Below, one piece after another: positions 1-9,129 of a stretch of 31,720 nt of DNA. This DNA is from an uncultured archaeon (lineage in GTDB: Archaea; Asgardarchaeota; Lokiarchaeia; Sigyniarchaeales; SOKP01). The DNA lies in contig CAZDTP010000038.1 in the NCBI GenBank assembly GCA_964508365.1, positions 1 through 31,720 on the forward strand. Direction: 5' to 3'. Every line of letters starts with the position of its first letter. Within the stretch, counting starts at the first letter, position 1. The notes beneath the pieces were generated by a model that was given only the letters and a program-made list of their open reading frames with translations, did not search any database and was not told the DNA's origin. The position numbers and the translations under genes are program-made.

Positions 1-668
1 ATGTCGGAATCGAGTTCTAAGGTAGCTACATAACTTGGTATTAGCGTACTTGGTTTGGTATTTGGAGATTTAATTTTTAATTCTCTAATTAAAACGCGAT
101 AACACCTTCTAATATCTTTCTCGTTTTCTGATGATTCATCCAAAATCTCTTGCAAGGTACGTGGTATCCTTTTTAATCTAATCGCTAAATATATACTAGC
201 TGCTATCATGGAATTAATGGATCTACCCCTTAACAGCTTCCTTTTGAATGCCTCTTTGTACAACTTTATAGCTTCGAGCCTTATATGATTTGGCAGGTTT
301 AAGTTGCTACATATTCGTTTAAGCTCCGTTGTAGCAATTAGAATATTTCTTTTTTCCCATGTAATTCGTGTATTCCATTTTACTGCTCTCTTCAAATCAG
401 GATCTTTAATACCTTTTCTATCGATAACAGTAGTTAATCCAATGTCAGGAAGTAAACTAGAGATCGGAGCTCCTATATGCTCCCTTTGGTTTTTCTCATG
501 AGATGTATAAGCTCTTTTATCGCTGTGGGACAAATCTACTGCCCTGTCTTTAAAAACTAGCCCACACTGAGAACACACAATCTCTCCAATCTGATTTAAG
601 GAAATTATGCTGCCCCCACATTCAGGGCATAAAACTGATATAATATTTAAGTCTGATACAACCTTCAT
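1..668 (-). CDS. tfb: Transcription initiation factor IIB (TFB), 3'-truncated by the window edge; absent from the supplied ORF track
   Basis: Translated by hand from ATG at 668 (SD AAGGTGA just upstream), open to base 3. MKVVSDLNIISVLCPECGGS...CSQCGLV is a Zn ribbon; ...EKRNILIATTELKRICSNLNLP...LLRGRSINSMIAASIYLAIRLKRIPRTLQEI is TFIIB cyclin repeat 1. Confidence 0.95.
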   Translation of the reverse strand, partial: MKVVSDLNIISVLCPECGGSIISLNQIGEIVCSQCGLVFKDRAVDLSHSDKRAYTSHEKNQREHIGAPISSLLPDIGLTTVIDRKGIKDPDLKRAVKWNTRITWEKRNILIATTELKRICSNLNLPNHIRLEAIKLYKEAFKRKLLRGRSINSMIAASIYLAIRLKRIPRTLQEILDESSENEKDIRRCYRVLIRELKIKSPNTKPSTLIPSYVATLELDSD

Positions 669-680
669 TTAATCACCTTT

Positions 681-1700
681 TTACAGTCCTGTTGCTTTTA
701 ATTGTTCTAACAAATCTTTTTGCTTCTTGTTAGTTCTCTTCGGAATTTTTATTTTTACCCTTACTAACTGGTTCCCTCTCTCCTCAGAGTTTAATTTATA
801 AAAACCTTTATCTTTTAATCGTAATACTGTCGAATCTTTTGTTCCCGCAGGAACGGTAACATTTATTGTATTCTCTATTCCTGGTACTTGAATTTTACCT
901 CCTAATGTAGCAGTGGTAAATGGAATTTCGTGATCGATATAAATATCATCACCATCTCTTTCAAATAAATTATGATCTTTTACATGGATTGCTATATACA
1001 AATCTCCTGGAGAACCTCCATTTTCACCGGGCATTCCTTTCCCTTTAAGTCTAAGTTTTTGATCGTCTCTAACTCCTCGAGGAATGGTTACCGTTAGCGT
1101 TTGATTTGATCCAGTAATTGGATCTCCGTATTGAACTTGTCTTTTCCCTCCAATGAATGCGTCCATAAAACCTATTTCCATATCGTACCTTAAGTCTTCA
1201 CCTTCTCTTGGATAATTTTGTGGACTAGTGGTTCTTGCCCTCGTACTTCCGCCCCTATTAGAAAAGACATCAAAAATGTCTCCTAAATCGTTAAAAAAAT
1301 CATAACTGCCTGATGATTGTCTTCTCTTAGAGTTTTTAGAGTTTACAGAGTTGCCAAAAATCTCACTAAAATCAAAATTCTCAGGCATTCCAGAGGTTGA
1401 ATAATAATATGTAGTTCCATCAGGACCTCGTTGCACTCTTGCTCCTGGTACACCTTCCCTTTGTTGATATGATGATGCGTCTCCTTCTACAACTCCAAAC
1501 TTATCGTACATTTCTTTTTTTTTATCATCATTTAAAATACTATAAGCCTCATTTATTTCTTTAAACTTCTCTCCTGACTTTTCCTCGTCAGGATTGACAT
1601 CGGGATGATATTTTCTTGCTAATTTTCGAAATGCTCTTTTAATTTCCTCCTTGGAAGCGTCTTTCCCTATCCCTAACACATTATAATAATCTTTTGCCAT
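681..1700 (-). CDS. dnaJ: J-domain co-chaperone, class B/CbpA-like (J domain + G/F-rich region + C-terminal domain, no zinc finger)
   Basis: KDYYNVLG...YHPDVN J domain with HPD; C-terminal GEDL...PGDLYI...[12 protein letters not shown]; no CxxCxGxG repeats. Start moved to ATG 1700 (MAKDYY), preceded by AGGGGTTG; the track start is 1709. Confidence 0.92.
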   Translation of the reverse strand: MAKDYYNVLGIGKDASKEEIKRAFRKLARKYHPDVNPDEEKSGEKFKEINEAYSILNDDKKKEMYDKFGVVEGDASSYQQREGVPGARVQRGPDGTTYYYSTSGMPENFDFSEIFGNSVNSKNSKRRQSSGSYDFFNDLGDIFDVFSNRGGSTRARTTSPQNYPREGEDLRYDMEIGFMDAFIGGKRQVQYGDPITGSNQTLTVTIPRGVRDDQKLRLKGKGMPGENGGSPGDLYIAIHVKDHNLFERDGDDIYIDHEIPFTTATLGGKIQVPGIENTINVTVPAGTKDSTVLRLKDKGFYKLNSEERGNQLVRVKIKIPKRTNKKQKDLLEQLKATGL

Positions 1701-1736
1701 ATTTTTCAACCCCTTTTAACATTAATTTATGGAAAT

Positions 1737-1763
1737 AAAAAATAAAAAAATATAATAAAAAAA
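1737..1763 (-). terminator. Oligo-T tracts after dnaK (archaeal-type intrinsic terminator or attenuator)
   Basis: Minus strand reads TTTTTTTATTATATTTTTTTATTTTTT, starting about 12 nt after the dnaK stop. Confidence 0.5.
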
Positions 1764-1775
1764 CTAATTTTGTAT

Positions 1776-3665
1776 TTAATCGTATTCAGCATCTACCACA
1801 TTATCGTCTTGACCTGTAGCTTTACGGAATTGCTCTTGTTCAACTTCGTCTTTAGTCTTACGCTGTTGTCCATAATTATCTCCACCCATACCTCCAGGTG
1901 GAGCACCTTGAGTTGGATCTTGTTGTTGTCCGTAAATTCGAGATGAAACCTCGTGTAAGGAATTTTGTAAAGTTTCCATTGAACTCTTTATTCGAACCAC
2001 ATCATCAGATTCCATTGCACTCTTAAGTTCAGAGACTTTTTTCAGAATGTTCGATTTTAAATCTCCTATTACCGACTCATTTTCTTTCAATAACTTCTCA
2101 GTTTGATAGATTAAAGCCTCAGCGTGATTCTTTTCTTCAGTTAGTTCTTTAAACCTTTGATCTTCTTCGGTGTATCTCTCAGCTTCTCTTATTTTTTGGT
2201 TAATCTCATCTTCTGACATCTTAGTTGATGCAGTAATCGTTATTGATTGACTTTTACCAGTTCCTTTATCTTTCGCTGAAACATTGATTATACCATTTTG
2301 ATCGATGTCAAATGTCACTTCGATTTGAGGCAAACCTCGTGGAGCAGGGGGTATCCCAGTCAAATGAAACTTTCCTAAAGTTATATTATCAGCAGCTTTT
2401 GGTCTTTCTCCTTGTAATACATGAATCTCCACTGCAGGCTGATTATCAGCAGCAGTAGAGAATGTCTCCGCTTTTTTGGTTGGAATCGTAGTGTTTCGGT
2501 TAATCAATTTAGTAAATACGCCACCTAATGTCTCAACTCCTAAGGATAATGGAGTGACATCTAAGAGTAGTAAGTCTTCTACCTCTCCAGTTAAAACACC
2601 ACCTTGAACAGCAGCACCCATAGCAACACACTCCATAGGATCTATGCTCCTTTCAGGTTTTTTCCCTAAGAAATCTTCGAAGATCTTTTGAACGCTTGGC
2701 ATTCTCGTTGGTCCCCCAACTAAAATTACTTTATCAACATCTCCTTTCTTTAATTCCGCGTCTTTCAAAGCTTTAATTATAGGTGCTTCTAATCTTTTTA
2801 AAATAGGATCAATCAGTTGTTCTAATTTTGCTCTTGTAAAGGTCATAGTAAGATGTTTTGGTCCTGAATCAGTTGCTGTTATGTATGGTAAATTAATATC
2901 AGTCGAAACTGAAGTAGATAATTCGATTTTTGCCTTTTCAACCGCTTCTCTGATTCTTTGCGTTGCCATAGAATCTTTATTTAAATCAACGCCTTCTTTA
3001 TTCTTAAATTCATCTACTACGTATTGTACAAGAATTCTATCCATATCGGTGCCCCCTAATTGAGTATCTCCCGCTGTCGAGATTACTTCAAAGACTTGAT
3101 TGTCCATTTCCATTACTGTAACATCAAATGTACCACCACCTAGATCTAAAACTGCGATTTTTAACTTCGCATTTTTTTTATCTAACCCGTATGCTACGGC
3201 CGCGGCAGTAGGTTCGTTAATTAAACGTTTAACATTTAATCCCGCGATCTGACCCGCGTCTTTGGTGGCTTGTCTTTGATTATCGTTAAAGTATGCAGGC
3301 ACAGTAATAATAACATCTGTTACTTCTTCACCTAAGTAAGCACTAGCGTCTTCTTTGATTTTTCTCAAAATCATAGCAGAAATTTCCTGTGGTGTGTATT
3401 CTTTGTTATCGATTTTCACTTTGTAGGATGTTCCCATCTTTCGCTTTATAGCTGTAATTGTTCGATCAGGATTCGAAATTGCTTGCCTTCTAGCAGGTTC
3501 TCCTACTAATCTTTGTCCATCCTTTGTAAATGCTACAACGGAAGGAAAAGCCTTTCCCCCTAATGTATTACCTTCAGCACTAGGGATAATCGTAGGTTGA
3601 CCACCTACTAATACAGCAGCAGCTGAATTGGAAGTTCCTAAATCTATACCAATTATTTTTCCCAT
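1776..3665 (-). CDS. dnaK: Hsp70 chaperone DnaK
   Basis: [44 protein letters not shown]. It lacks the ~23-aa N-terminal-domain insert, as in archaeal and Gram-positive DnaK. Confidence 0.99.
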   Translation of the reverse strand: MGKIIGIDLGTSNSAAAVLVGGQPTIIPSAEGNTLGGKAFPSVVAFTKDGQRLVGEPARRQAISNPDRTITAIKRKMGTSYKVKIDNKEYTPQEISAMILRKIKEDASAYLGEEVTDVIITVPAYFNDNQRQATKDAGQIAGLNVKRLINEPTAAAVAYGLDKKNAKLKIAVLDLGGGTFDVTVMEMDNQVFEVISTAGDTQLGGTDMDRILVQYVVDEFKNKEGVDLNKDSMATQRIREAVEKAKIELSTSVSTDINLPYITATDSGPKHLTMTFTRAKLEQLIDPILKRLEAPIIKALKDAELKKGDVDKVILVGGPTRMPSVQKIFEDFLGKKPERSIDPMECVAMGAAVQGGVLTGEVEDLLLLDVTPLSLGVETLGGVFTKLINRNTTIPTKKAETFSTAADNQPAVEIHVLQGERPKAADNITLGKFHLTGIPPAPRGLPQIEVTFDIDQNGIINVSAKDKGTGKSQSITITASTKMSEDEINQKIREAERYTEEDQRFKELTEEKNHAEALIYQTEKLLKENESVIGDLKSNILKKVSELKSAMESDDVVRIKSSMETLQNSLHEVSSRIYGQQQDPTQGAPPGGMGGDNYGQQRKTKDEVEQEQFRKATGQDDNVVDAEYD

Positions 3666-3714
3666 ATTTTATCACTTCTTTTTTTTTAATTTTTATTATC
3701 TTTTTTGTTTAAAT

Positions 3715-4383
3715 TTATAATTTTGATTTGGTTTTTGATATCTTAACCCCAGCGGGTTTTAATATCTTGTTATTTAAATAATAACCTTTATTTAATTCTT
3801 CGATTATAGTATTTTCAGGGAGTTCTTCATTCTCTTCAACCATTAATGCTTCGTGTTTGTAAGGATCAAACTTTTCACCCTCTGAAAGCATAGGCTTTAC
3901 TCCCTCATCCTCTAAAAATTTTTCAAAATTTTCGATAATCATTTTAAAACCCTTTTTTACAGACTCTCCTTTCTCTAACAGATCCAGCACATTAAATGCT
4001 CTCAGCAAATCTTCGTAGTGCTTAATTAATTTCTTCAACATTTCTTCTTTTACTCGCTCTCTATATCTCTCGTTCTCCCGTTGATTTGCTTTTTTGTAGT
4101 TATCGAAATCCGCTTGGGTTCTCACTAAAGAATTCAAATATTTTTCAGTCTTCTCTTCTAACTCCTTTAACTTTCTACCATCATCCTTTAAATGTTCAAT
4201 TTGTCTTTCCAACTCGGTTTTCTTAGCTACAACCTCATCCATTTTCTTTGCTAGCAGTTCATATTTTTCCACAGTCTCCGCGAGTTTTTTATACTCTTCT
4301 TTTGAAATCGTTACCTTACGGTAAGGGTCTTCCAACGACCTTCGACCGTTGAAAAATTCGTCGTAATAATCTTCAAATACCAT
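3715..4383 (-). CDS. grpE: Nucleotide exchange factor GrpE
   Basis: RTQADFDNYKK...GEKFDPYKHEALM...GYYLNNKILKPAGVKISK. Start reassigned to ATG 4383 (SD AAGTGA upstream); the track start is TTG 4410. Confidence 0.95.
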   Translation of the reverse strand: MVFEDYYDEFFNGRRSLEDPYRKVTISKEEYKKLAETVEKYELLAKKMDEVVAKKTELERQIEHLKDDGRKLKELEEKTEKYLNSLVRTQADFDNYKKANQRENERYRERVKEEMLKKLIKHYEDLLRAFNVLDLLEKGESVKKGFKMIIENFEKFLEDEGVKPMLSEGEKFDPYKHEALMVEENEELPENTIIEELNKGYYLNNKILKPAGVKISKTKSKL

Positions 4384-4417
4384 ATTTTTATCACTTATTT
4401 GTGTAAGCAATTATTCT

Positions 4418-4473
4418 TTGTCAATACTCGATTGACAATCATTAATATACTTATATTAATTGCACTATATAAA
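4418..4473 (-). promoter_or_regulatory. Putative grpE-dnaK promoter: TATA box (TTTATATA, 4473-4466) followed by two inverted repeats
   Basis: TTGTCAAT-actcg-ATTGACAA (4418-4438) and ATTAATATA-ct-TATATTAAT (4441-4460) have perfectly matching arms; both lie between the TATA box and the grpE ATG. Confidence 0.55.
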
Positions 4474-4663
4474 GGTATCGATTTTTAAATATAAATAGCT
4501 CAAGCTTTCTACTAACGAGATTTTAAGTTTTTCAAGCTTTTTTAAATAATAAAAAATACAAAAAAGAGAAGTTAATTTTAGGCTATATAAAATATATAAC
4601 TATATACTAATAGAGGTAATTATATAGCAACAATTATATCTCTAAAAAATCATATAAGATATT

Positions 4664-5431
4664 GTGATTACATGGATTTTGGGTATAACCCTATTTATCT
4701 TTGTTTTAATCAGAAGATTTGGAAAGGATGGAAGAGTCGAGGGATATCCACTTGGAATGCCTCGTGGGACAGTTAGAGCATTAATCACGATAATGGTTGT
4801 ATCTTTTCCCTTTACATATATCATTAATAACTCTCAAATTCCTTCCGCAATTGTCAATTCTATTTTTATTTTAGTAGCTTTTTACTTTGAAGCACGAAAA
4901 GGCGAAGATGACAGATTAAAATTTATAGCGGAGATTATTAATCCTGAAAAGGCGGCTGAGGAGAAAAGGAAGACGGTATTGCCTCTTTATCTCCCGAAAT
5001 ACAGCGTAAGAATATTCTTGATGATTTTTCTGATTACCTTCTATCTGATCGATATTTTTATTCAAAATATTTCCTTAGAGTTAACTAACACGCTTATAGA
5101 TATACTGGTCATTGCGATACTCTACTTTATAGGTACTTTTTTTAGGGCAATAGCGCAAATATTTAGCAAGGATAAATTGAATGAACAAATTGAAGAAATA
5201 CCTAACTATAAAGAACTTTCAAAATACGATATCCTTGAGTACCTTGACAAACAAAAACGTGGTGGTATTAGCAACTTTGGAAAAAGCTTATTTTCAATTA
5301 TAATCTTCATTGCTGTAAGTGTAGCTTTATTCTTATTTACTTTTAATATCGATTTCACATTGATTTTTAATGTATCATTACGAAGAGCTTTGTTACTCCT
5401 GATTAACCTATACTACGGTTTCAGAGATTAG
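4664..5431 (+). CDS. Multi-pass membrane protein of unknown function with an internal duplication
   Basis: Several hydrophobic segments; two copies of a PLx(M/L)Pxx(T/S)VR motif. The GTG start is uncertain (no SD; in-frame stop at 4655). Confidence 0.75.
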   Translation: MITWILGITLFIFVLIRRFGKDGRVEGYPLGMPRGTVRALITIMVVSFPFTYIINNSQIPSAIVNSIFILVAFYFEARKGEDDRLKFIAEIINPEKAAEEKRKTVLPLYLPKYSVRIFLMIFLITFYLIDIFIQNISLELTNTLIDILVIAILYFIGTFFRAIAQIFSKDKLNEQIEEIPNYKELSKYDILEYLDKQKRGGISNFGKSLFSIIIFIAVSVALFLFTFNIDFTLIFNVSLRRALLLLINLYYGFRD

Positions 5432-5558
5432 AATTTAATCTAGAATAATTTTATATTTTTTTATTTTTCTTAAGTTCCTAGAGTTTTTACAGTAGAAAGG
5501 GATATATTTATTATCATTCTTTAAATCAACTATCTTAAAAACGCGGATTTTAAAGATC

Positions 5559-6803
5559 ATGAAATATCGAAAAATGGGTTCATTAGGCTGGGATGTTTCT
5601 GCTTTAGGTTTTGGGGCTATGCGGTTGCCAATAGACAAGGTAAAAGATGAAAAAACGGGAGAAATGAAGGTTAATATTAAAGAGGACGAAGCTATTAAAA
5701 TGATTCGCTATGCTATTGATAATGGTGTAAATTATATTGATACAGCATACCCTTACCACGATGGAGAAAGCGAAGTACTAGTCGGAAAAGCATTACAAGA
5801 TGGATATCGTGAGAAAGTTCATCTTACTACGAAATTACCTATGTGGTTGGTCAAAAAAACCGAAGATTTTGATACTTTTCTAAACCAACAGATTCAACGG
5901 CTTCAAACAAACCCAGATATTTACTTGTTCCACGGATTGAATAAAGGAAGAATTGAAAAAATAAAAAACTTAAACTTATTCGAGAAGATGGGGCAAGCGA
6001 AGGCGAAGGGATTGTTTAAGTATATTGGATTCTCCTTTCACGACAACTTTGAAGTATTCAAGGAAATAATAGATATGTATGATTGGGATTGCTGCCAGAT
6101 ACAATATAACTATCTTGATATAGAATTTCAAGCGGGAACTGCGGGGTTAAAACACGCAGGTAGTAAAGATATAGCAGTTATAATTATGGAACCAATAAGA
6201 GGTGGAAAATTAGCGATTCCAGAACAAAAACTTAACTTTTATCCTGAAATTAAAAAAGTTCTTGAGCTCTCAAAAGTTAAGAGGACCACACCAGATTGGG
6301 CTTTACAATTTGTTTGGAATCACCCCGAAGTTTCTGTTGTTTTAAGTGGAATGAGTATGATGCAACAAGTCGTAGAAAATATCAACTCTGCAAATAATTC
6401 AGGTGTCAATATATTAACTGAAGATGAGTTGGTGACAATCTCCGAATTACGCGAAGCTTACGGAAAGTATACTTTAGCTCCTTGCACGAGTTGCGGTTAT
6501 TGCGTACCCTGTCCTAACGGAGTTTCAATCCCTTTTGTTCTTCGATTGCTCAATGATCTCGCATATTGGGGAGAAAATGGTAAAGAACGAATAACCTTTT
6601 TTTATAATCATATGGCAAAAACTCAGGAAGAAATCGAGAAAAAAAAAACTGAGGGGGAAGAATTCGATGGGGCTGCTATATTATGTATTCAATGCGGAGA
6701 ATGCCTGGAAAAATGTCCACAACAGATTGAAATTCCCGATTTTATGGAGAAAGCAAACGAAATATTTGAAAATGGTAAAGGTATTTCGGAGATATTATTT
6801 TAA
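5559..6803 (+). CDS. Aldo/keto reductase with C-terminal 4Fe-4S dicluster domain
   Basis: VSALGFGAMRLP, YIDTAYPY, TTKLP, IMEPIRGG; CTSCGYCVPCP and CIQCGECLEKCP. Confidence 0.93.
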   Translation: MKYRKMGSLGWDVSALGFGAMRLPIDKVKDEKTGEMKVNIKEDEAIKMIRYAIDNGVNYIDTAYPYHDGESEVLVGKALQDGYREKVHLTTKLPMWLVKKTEDFDTFLNQQIQRLQTNPDIYLFHGLNKGRIEKIKNLNLFEKMGQAKAKGLFKYIGFSFHDNFEVFKEIIDMYDWDCCQIQYNYLDIEFQAGTAGLKHAGSKDIAVIIMEPIRGGKLAIPEQKLNFYPEIKKVLELSKVKRTTPDWALQFVWNHPEVSVVLSGMSMMQQVVENINSANNSGVNILTEDELVTISELREAYGKYTLAPCTSCGYCVPCPNGVSIPFVLRLLNDLAYWGENGKERITFFYNHMAKTQEEIEKKKTEGEEFDGAAILCIQCGECLEKCPQQIEIPDFMEKANEIFENGKGISEILF

Positions 6804-6866
6804 TGAAAAATTAGACACTGTATAGAGTTCAATTAATAAGGTAAAAACGCTATCGTTTATAGATTT

Positions 6867-7055
6867 TTATTCATTTAAACGTTTTTTAATCTTTTGATAC
6901 AAATCTTTAAGTCCAGTTTCGTTTAGAAAATGGTCTATCTTTGAGGTAGGTCTTAAAACTTGGGGTTCATTGTCTTTAGCTAATTCGCTACCACAATACT
7001 CACATATAGTTTGATTAGGATCAGAATATTCAGTATCACAATTTGAACATTTCAT
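6867..7055 (-). CDS. Small zinc-ribbon protein
   Basis: 62 aa; CSNC...CEYCG pair of CxxC motifs; ATG start. Confidence 0.65.
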   Translation of the reverse strand: MKCSNCDTEYSDPNQTICEYCGSELAKDNEPQVLRPTSKIDHFLNETGLKDLYQKIKKRLNE

Positions 7056-7245
7056 TTTAATATTGAAATTTTTTAGGCTTATTTCTTATAATAAAGTACT
7101 CGAAATATAATATTAAATTTTACTGAACTAACTTTACTCTGTAATTTCTTATATAATTTCAATTAGTCATTTCAACAGTAATTTTTACGACATTAAAAAA
7201 TTTATAAAGAAGCGAAAAAAGAAAAAAAAAGTTTTTATAGAAAAA

Positions 7246-7986
7246 TTATTTGTTACCATATTTTTTGAAGAACAAAATTCCTAAAATCACAATTGCTATA
7301 CTAAATATTGCAATAAAAGCGACATCAATTAAGATGTTAGCACTCAGCAAATTATCACCATTAAATATTGATGTTAATGCATCAGTGGCATAATAACTAG
7401 GAAGGAATCCTGCAATAACTCTAGTAGTATTCGTTACTGGTATAAATGTTCCAAAAAACATTTGGGGTAGAATGAAAATAAATGATAACGCTGTGGCAGT
7501 TCCACCACTTTTAGAAATTGATGCTGTTATGAGTCCTAATCCCACCGAACTTAGTGAGAATAAAGCCATTAGCAAAAATGCAAACAAGATTCCTAGACTG
7601 TCGCTATTAGAACTAAATCCTAATAACAATGCTAAAACATATACTATTGTAACTTGTATCATAGAGAGTATCATATTAGAGAGTATATTAGCCATTATGA
7701 AATCTGTAGACGACATTGGCGTAGCATTGAGTCTTCTAAGTAATCCTTGTTCTCTAAAATCGGCAAATGATTGTGCAACAGTCATTATTATAAATATGCA
7801 CGCGTATGCAAATAATCCAGGAACCATAAAATTAAAACTCATACCAAGTTCGGGATCACCAAAAGCGAATCCAAAGGTGATTGTAAGAGCCGCGGGGAAT
7901 AAAAGCATTAAAAATAAGTATGCTGGTTCCCTGATTATTTTATAAAGTTCCATTTTCAAAAGAGCTAAAATTCGTTGGGTATTCAT
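7246..7986 (-). CDS. ABC-2 type transporter permease
   Basis: About six TM segments; REQGLLRRLNATP, LPQMFFGTFIP, LPSYYATDAL. Overlaps the ATPase stop by 1 nt (TAATG). Confidence 0.92.
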   Translation of the reverse strand: MNTQRILALLKMELYKIIREPAYLFLMLLFPAALTITFGFAFGDPELGMSFNFMVPGLFAYACIFIIMTVAQSFADFREQGLLRRLNATPMSSTDFIMANILSNMILSMIQVTIVYVLALLLGFSSNSDSLGILFAFLLMALFSLSSVGLGLITASISKSGGTATALSFIFILPQMFFGTFIPVTNTTRVIAGFLPSYYATDALTSIFNGDNLLSANILIDVAFIAIFSIAIVILGILFFKKYGNK

Positions 7987-8804
7987 TATACTCCCTCCAT
8001 AATTCTTCTTCCAGTAATTTTCATAAAGACTCCCTCTAAATTGTCGACTTCATATTTCTTTATTAAATCTTGTGGTGTTCCTATTTCGATTATTTTACCA
8101 TAATCAATTATCGCTACTCTATCACATAGTGCTTCTGCTTCTTCAATATAATGTGTTGTAAGGAATATGGTTTTACTTTTAGTTTTAAGCGATCCAATAA
8201 ACTCCCAGGTCGCTCTCCGTGCTCTTGGATCCATACCCACTGTGGGTTCATCTAAAAACGCTATTTTAGGGTCATGAATTAACGAAATTATCATATTAAG
8301 TTGCCTTAGCATTCCACCACTATATCCTTTAGTTTTCCTTCTACTTGCTTTCGAAAAGTCTAGAATTTCTAATAACTTATTGGTTCTATCCTTTATTTCG
8401 ACTTTTTTCATTAAATGAAGTTTCCCAAAAAGTTCGATGTTCTCAATCCCCGTAAGAAATTTAAAAACTGATGGTTCCTGTGGACATACTCCAATTAATT
8501 CTTTGATATGAGATATACTATCATATATATCATAACCGTTAACAATTGCAATTCCACTTGTTGGTTTTAAAAGTCCAATCAATATATTAATAGTTGTTGT
8601 TTTTCCTGCTCCGTTCGGTCCCAAAAAACCGAATAATTCTCCAGATTTCACTTTAAAGGAGACATCATCTACTGCGATAACATCATCATATCCCTTTTTC
8701 CCTCTGAATACTTTTCTTAAATTTTGTACTTCTATCGAAAATTCACTATTAGGATTTATGATGTTTTCAGGTTTTTCATATGGTTTTATTTTAGTTTCCG
8801 ACAT
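7986..8804 (-). CDS. ABC transporter ATP-binding protein (CcmA/DrrA-like)
   Basis: Walker A GPNGAGKTT, signature YSGGMLR, Walker B FLDEPT, H-loop LTTHY. Start reassigned to ATG 8804 (SD AAGTGA); the track start is 8954. Confidence 0.95.
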   Translation of the reverse strand: MSETKIKPYEKPENIINPNSEFSIEVQNLRKVFRGKKGYDDVIAVDDVSFKVKSGELFGFLGPNGAGKTTTINILIGLLKPTSGIAIVNGYDIYDSISHIKELIGVCPQEPSVFKFLTGIENIELFGKLHLMKKVEIKDRTNKLLEILDFSKASRRKTKGYSGGMLRQLNMIISLIHDPKIAFLDEPTVGMDPRARRATWEFIGSLKTKSKTIFLTTHYIEEAEALCDRVAIIDYGKIIEIGTPQDLIKKYEVDNLEGVFMKITGRRIMEGV

Positions 8805-8963
8805 TTTATTATCACTTCCATAAGTTTTAATTATTTTAACTTTAATATCAATATAAATTATCTTTAGTCCAATATTTGATATAGAAATAACTTGGATCCT
8901 TTTTAATTTTAATGATAAGTAGCTATAGCAGAAATTGGATAAATATATAAGCAAAAAGGGAGG

Positions 8964-8987
8964 TTTTTAACCCACTTGGGTGAAAAA
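8964..8987. promoter_or_regulatory. 24-bp near-perfect palindrome (candidate operator) upstream of the ABC operon
   Basis: TTTTT-A-ACCCA-CT-TGGGT-G-AAAAA; 10 of 11 arm pairs match; a minus-strand TTATATAT lies at 8950-8943. Confidence 0.4.
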
Positions 8988-9129
8988 TGGGACATAAAAA
9001 AAAGCCTCATTTCTCTAAACTATGATTTCATTGTTACATTCGAAGAAATTTAAATTATATTTATAAATAATTTTTAAAATTTTATGACCTAATTATCACT
9101 ATTATATTAAAAGAATGGGGAACTGTTAA

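Noticed and set aside
304-501. 65-aa + strand ORF in the track
   Set aside because: Antisense shadow of tfb, which is clearly coding on the minus strand.
4384-4663. CIRCE element / HrcA control of the chaperone cluster
   Set aside because: No TTAGCACTC-N9-GAGTGCTAA in the gap and no hrcA gene adjacent.
4642-5638. Short minus-strand ORFs 4642-4824 and 5435-5638
   Set aside because: Antisense to the membrane protein and the AKR start, with no recognisable motifs.
7472-7945. 157-aa + strand ORF
   Set aside because: Lies wholly antisense to the ABC permease; a hydrophobic gene's codons leave the opposite strand open.
8805-8954. 50-aa N-terminal extension of the ABC ATPase
   Set aside because: Low-complexity I/K-rich translation of AT-rich DNA; ATG 8804 has a proper SD.
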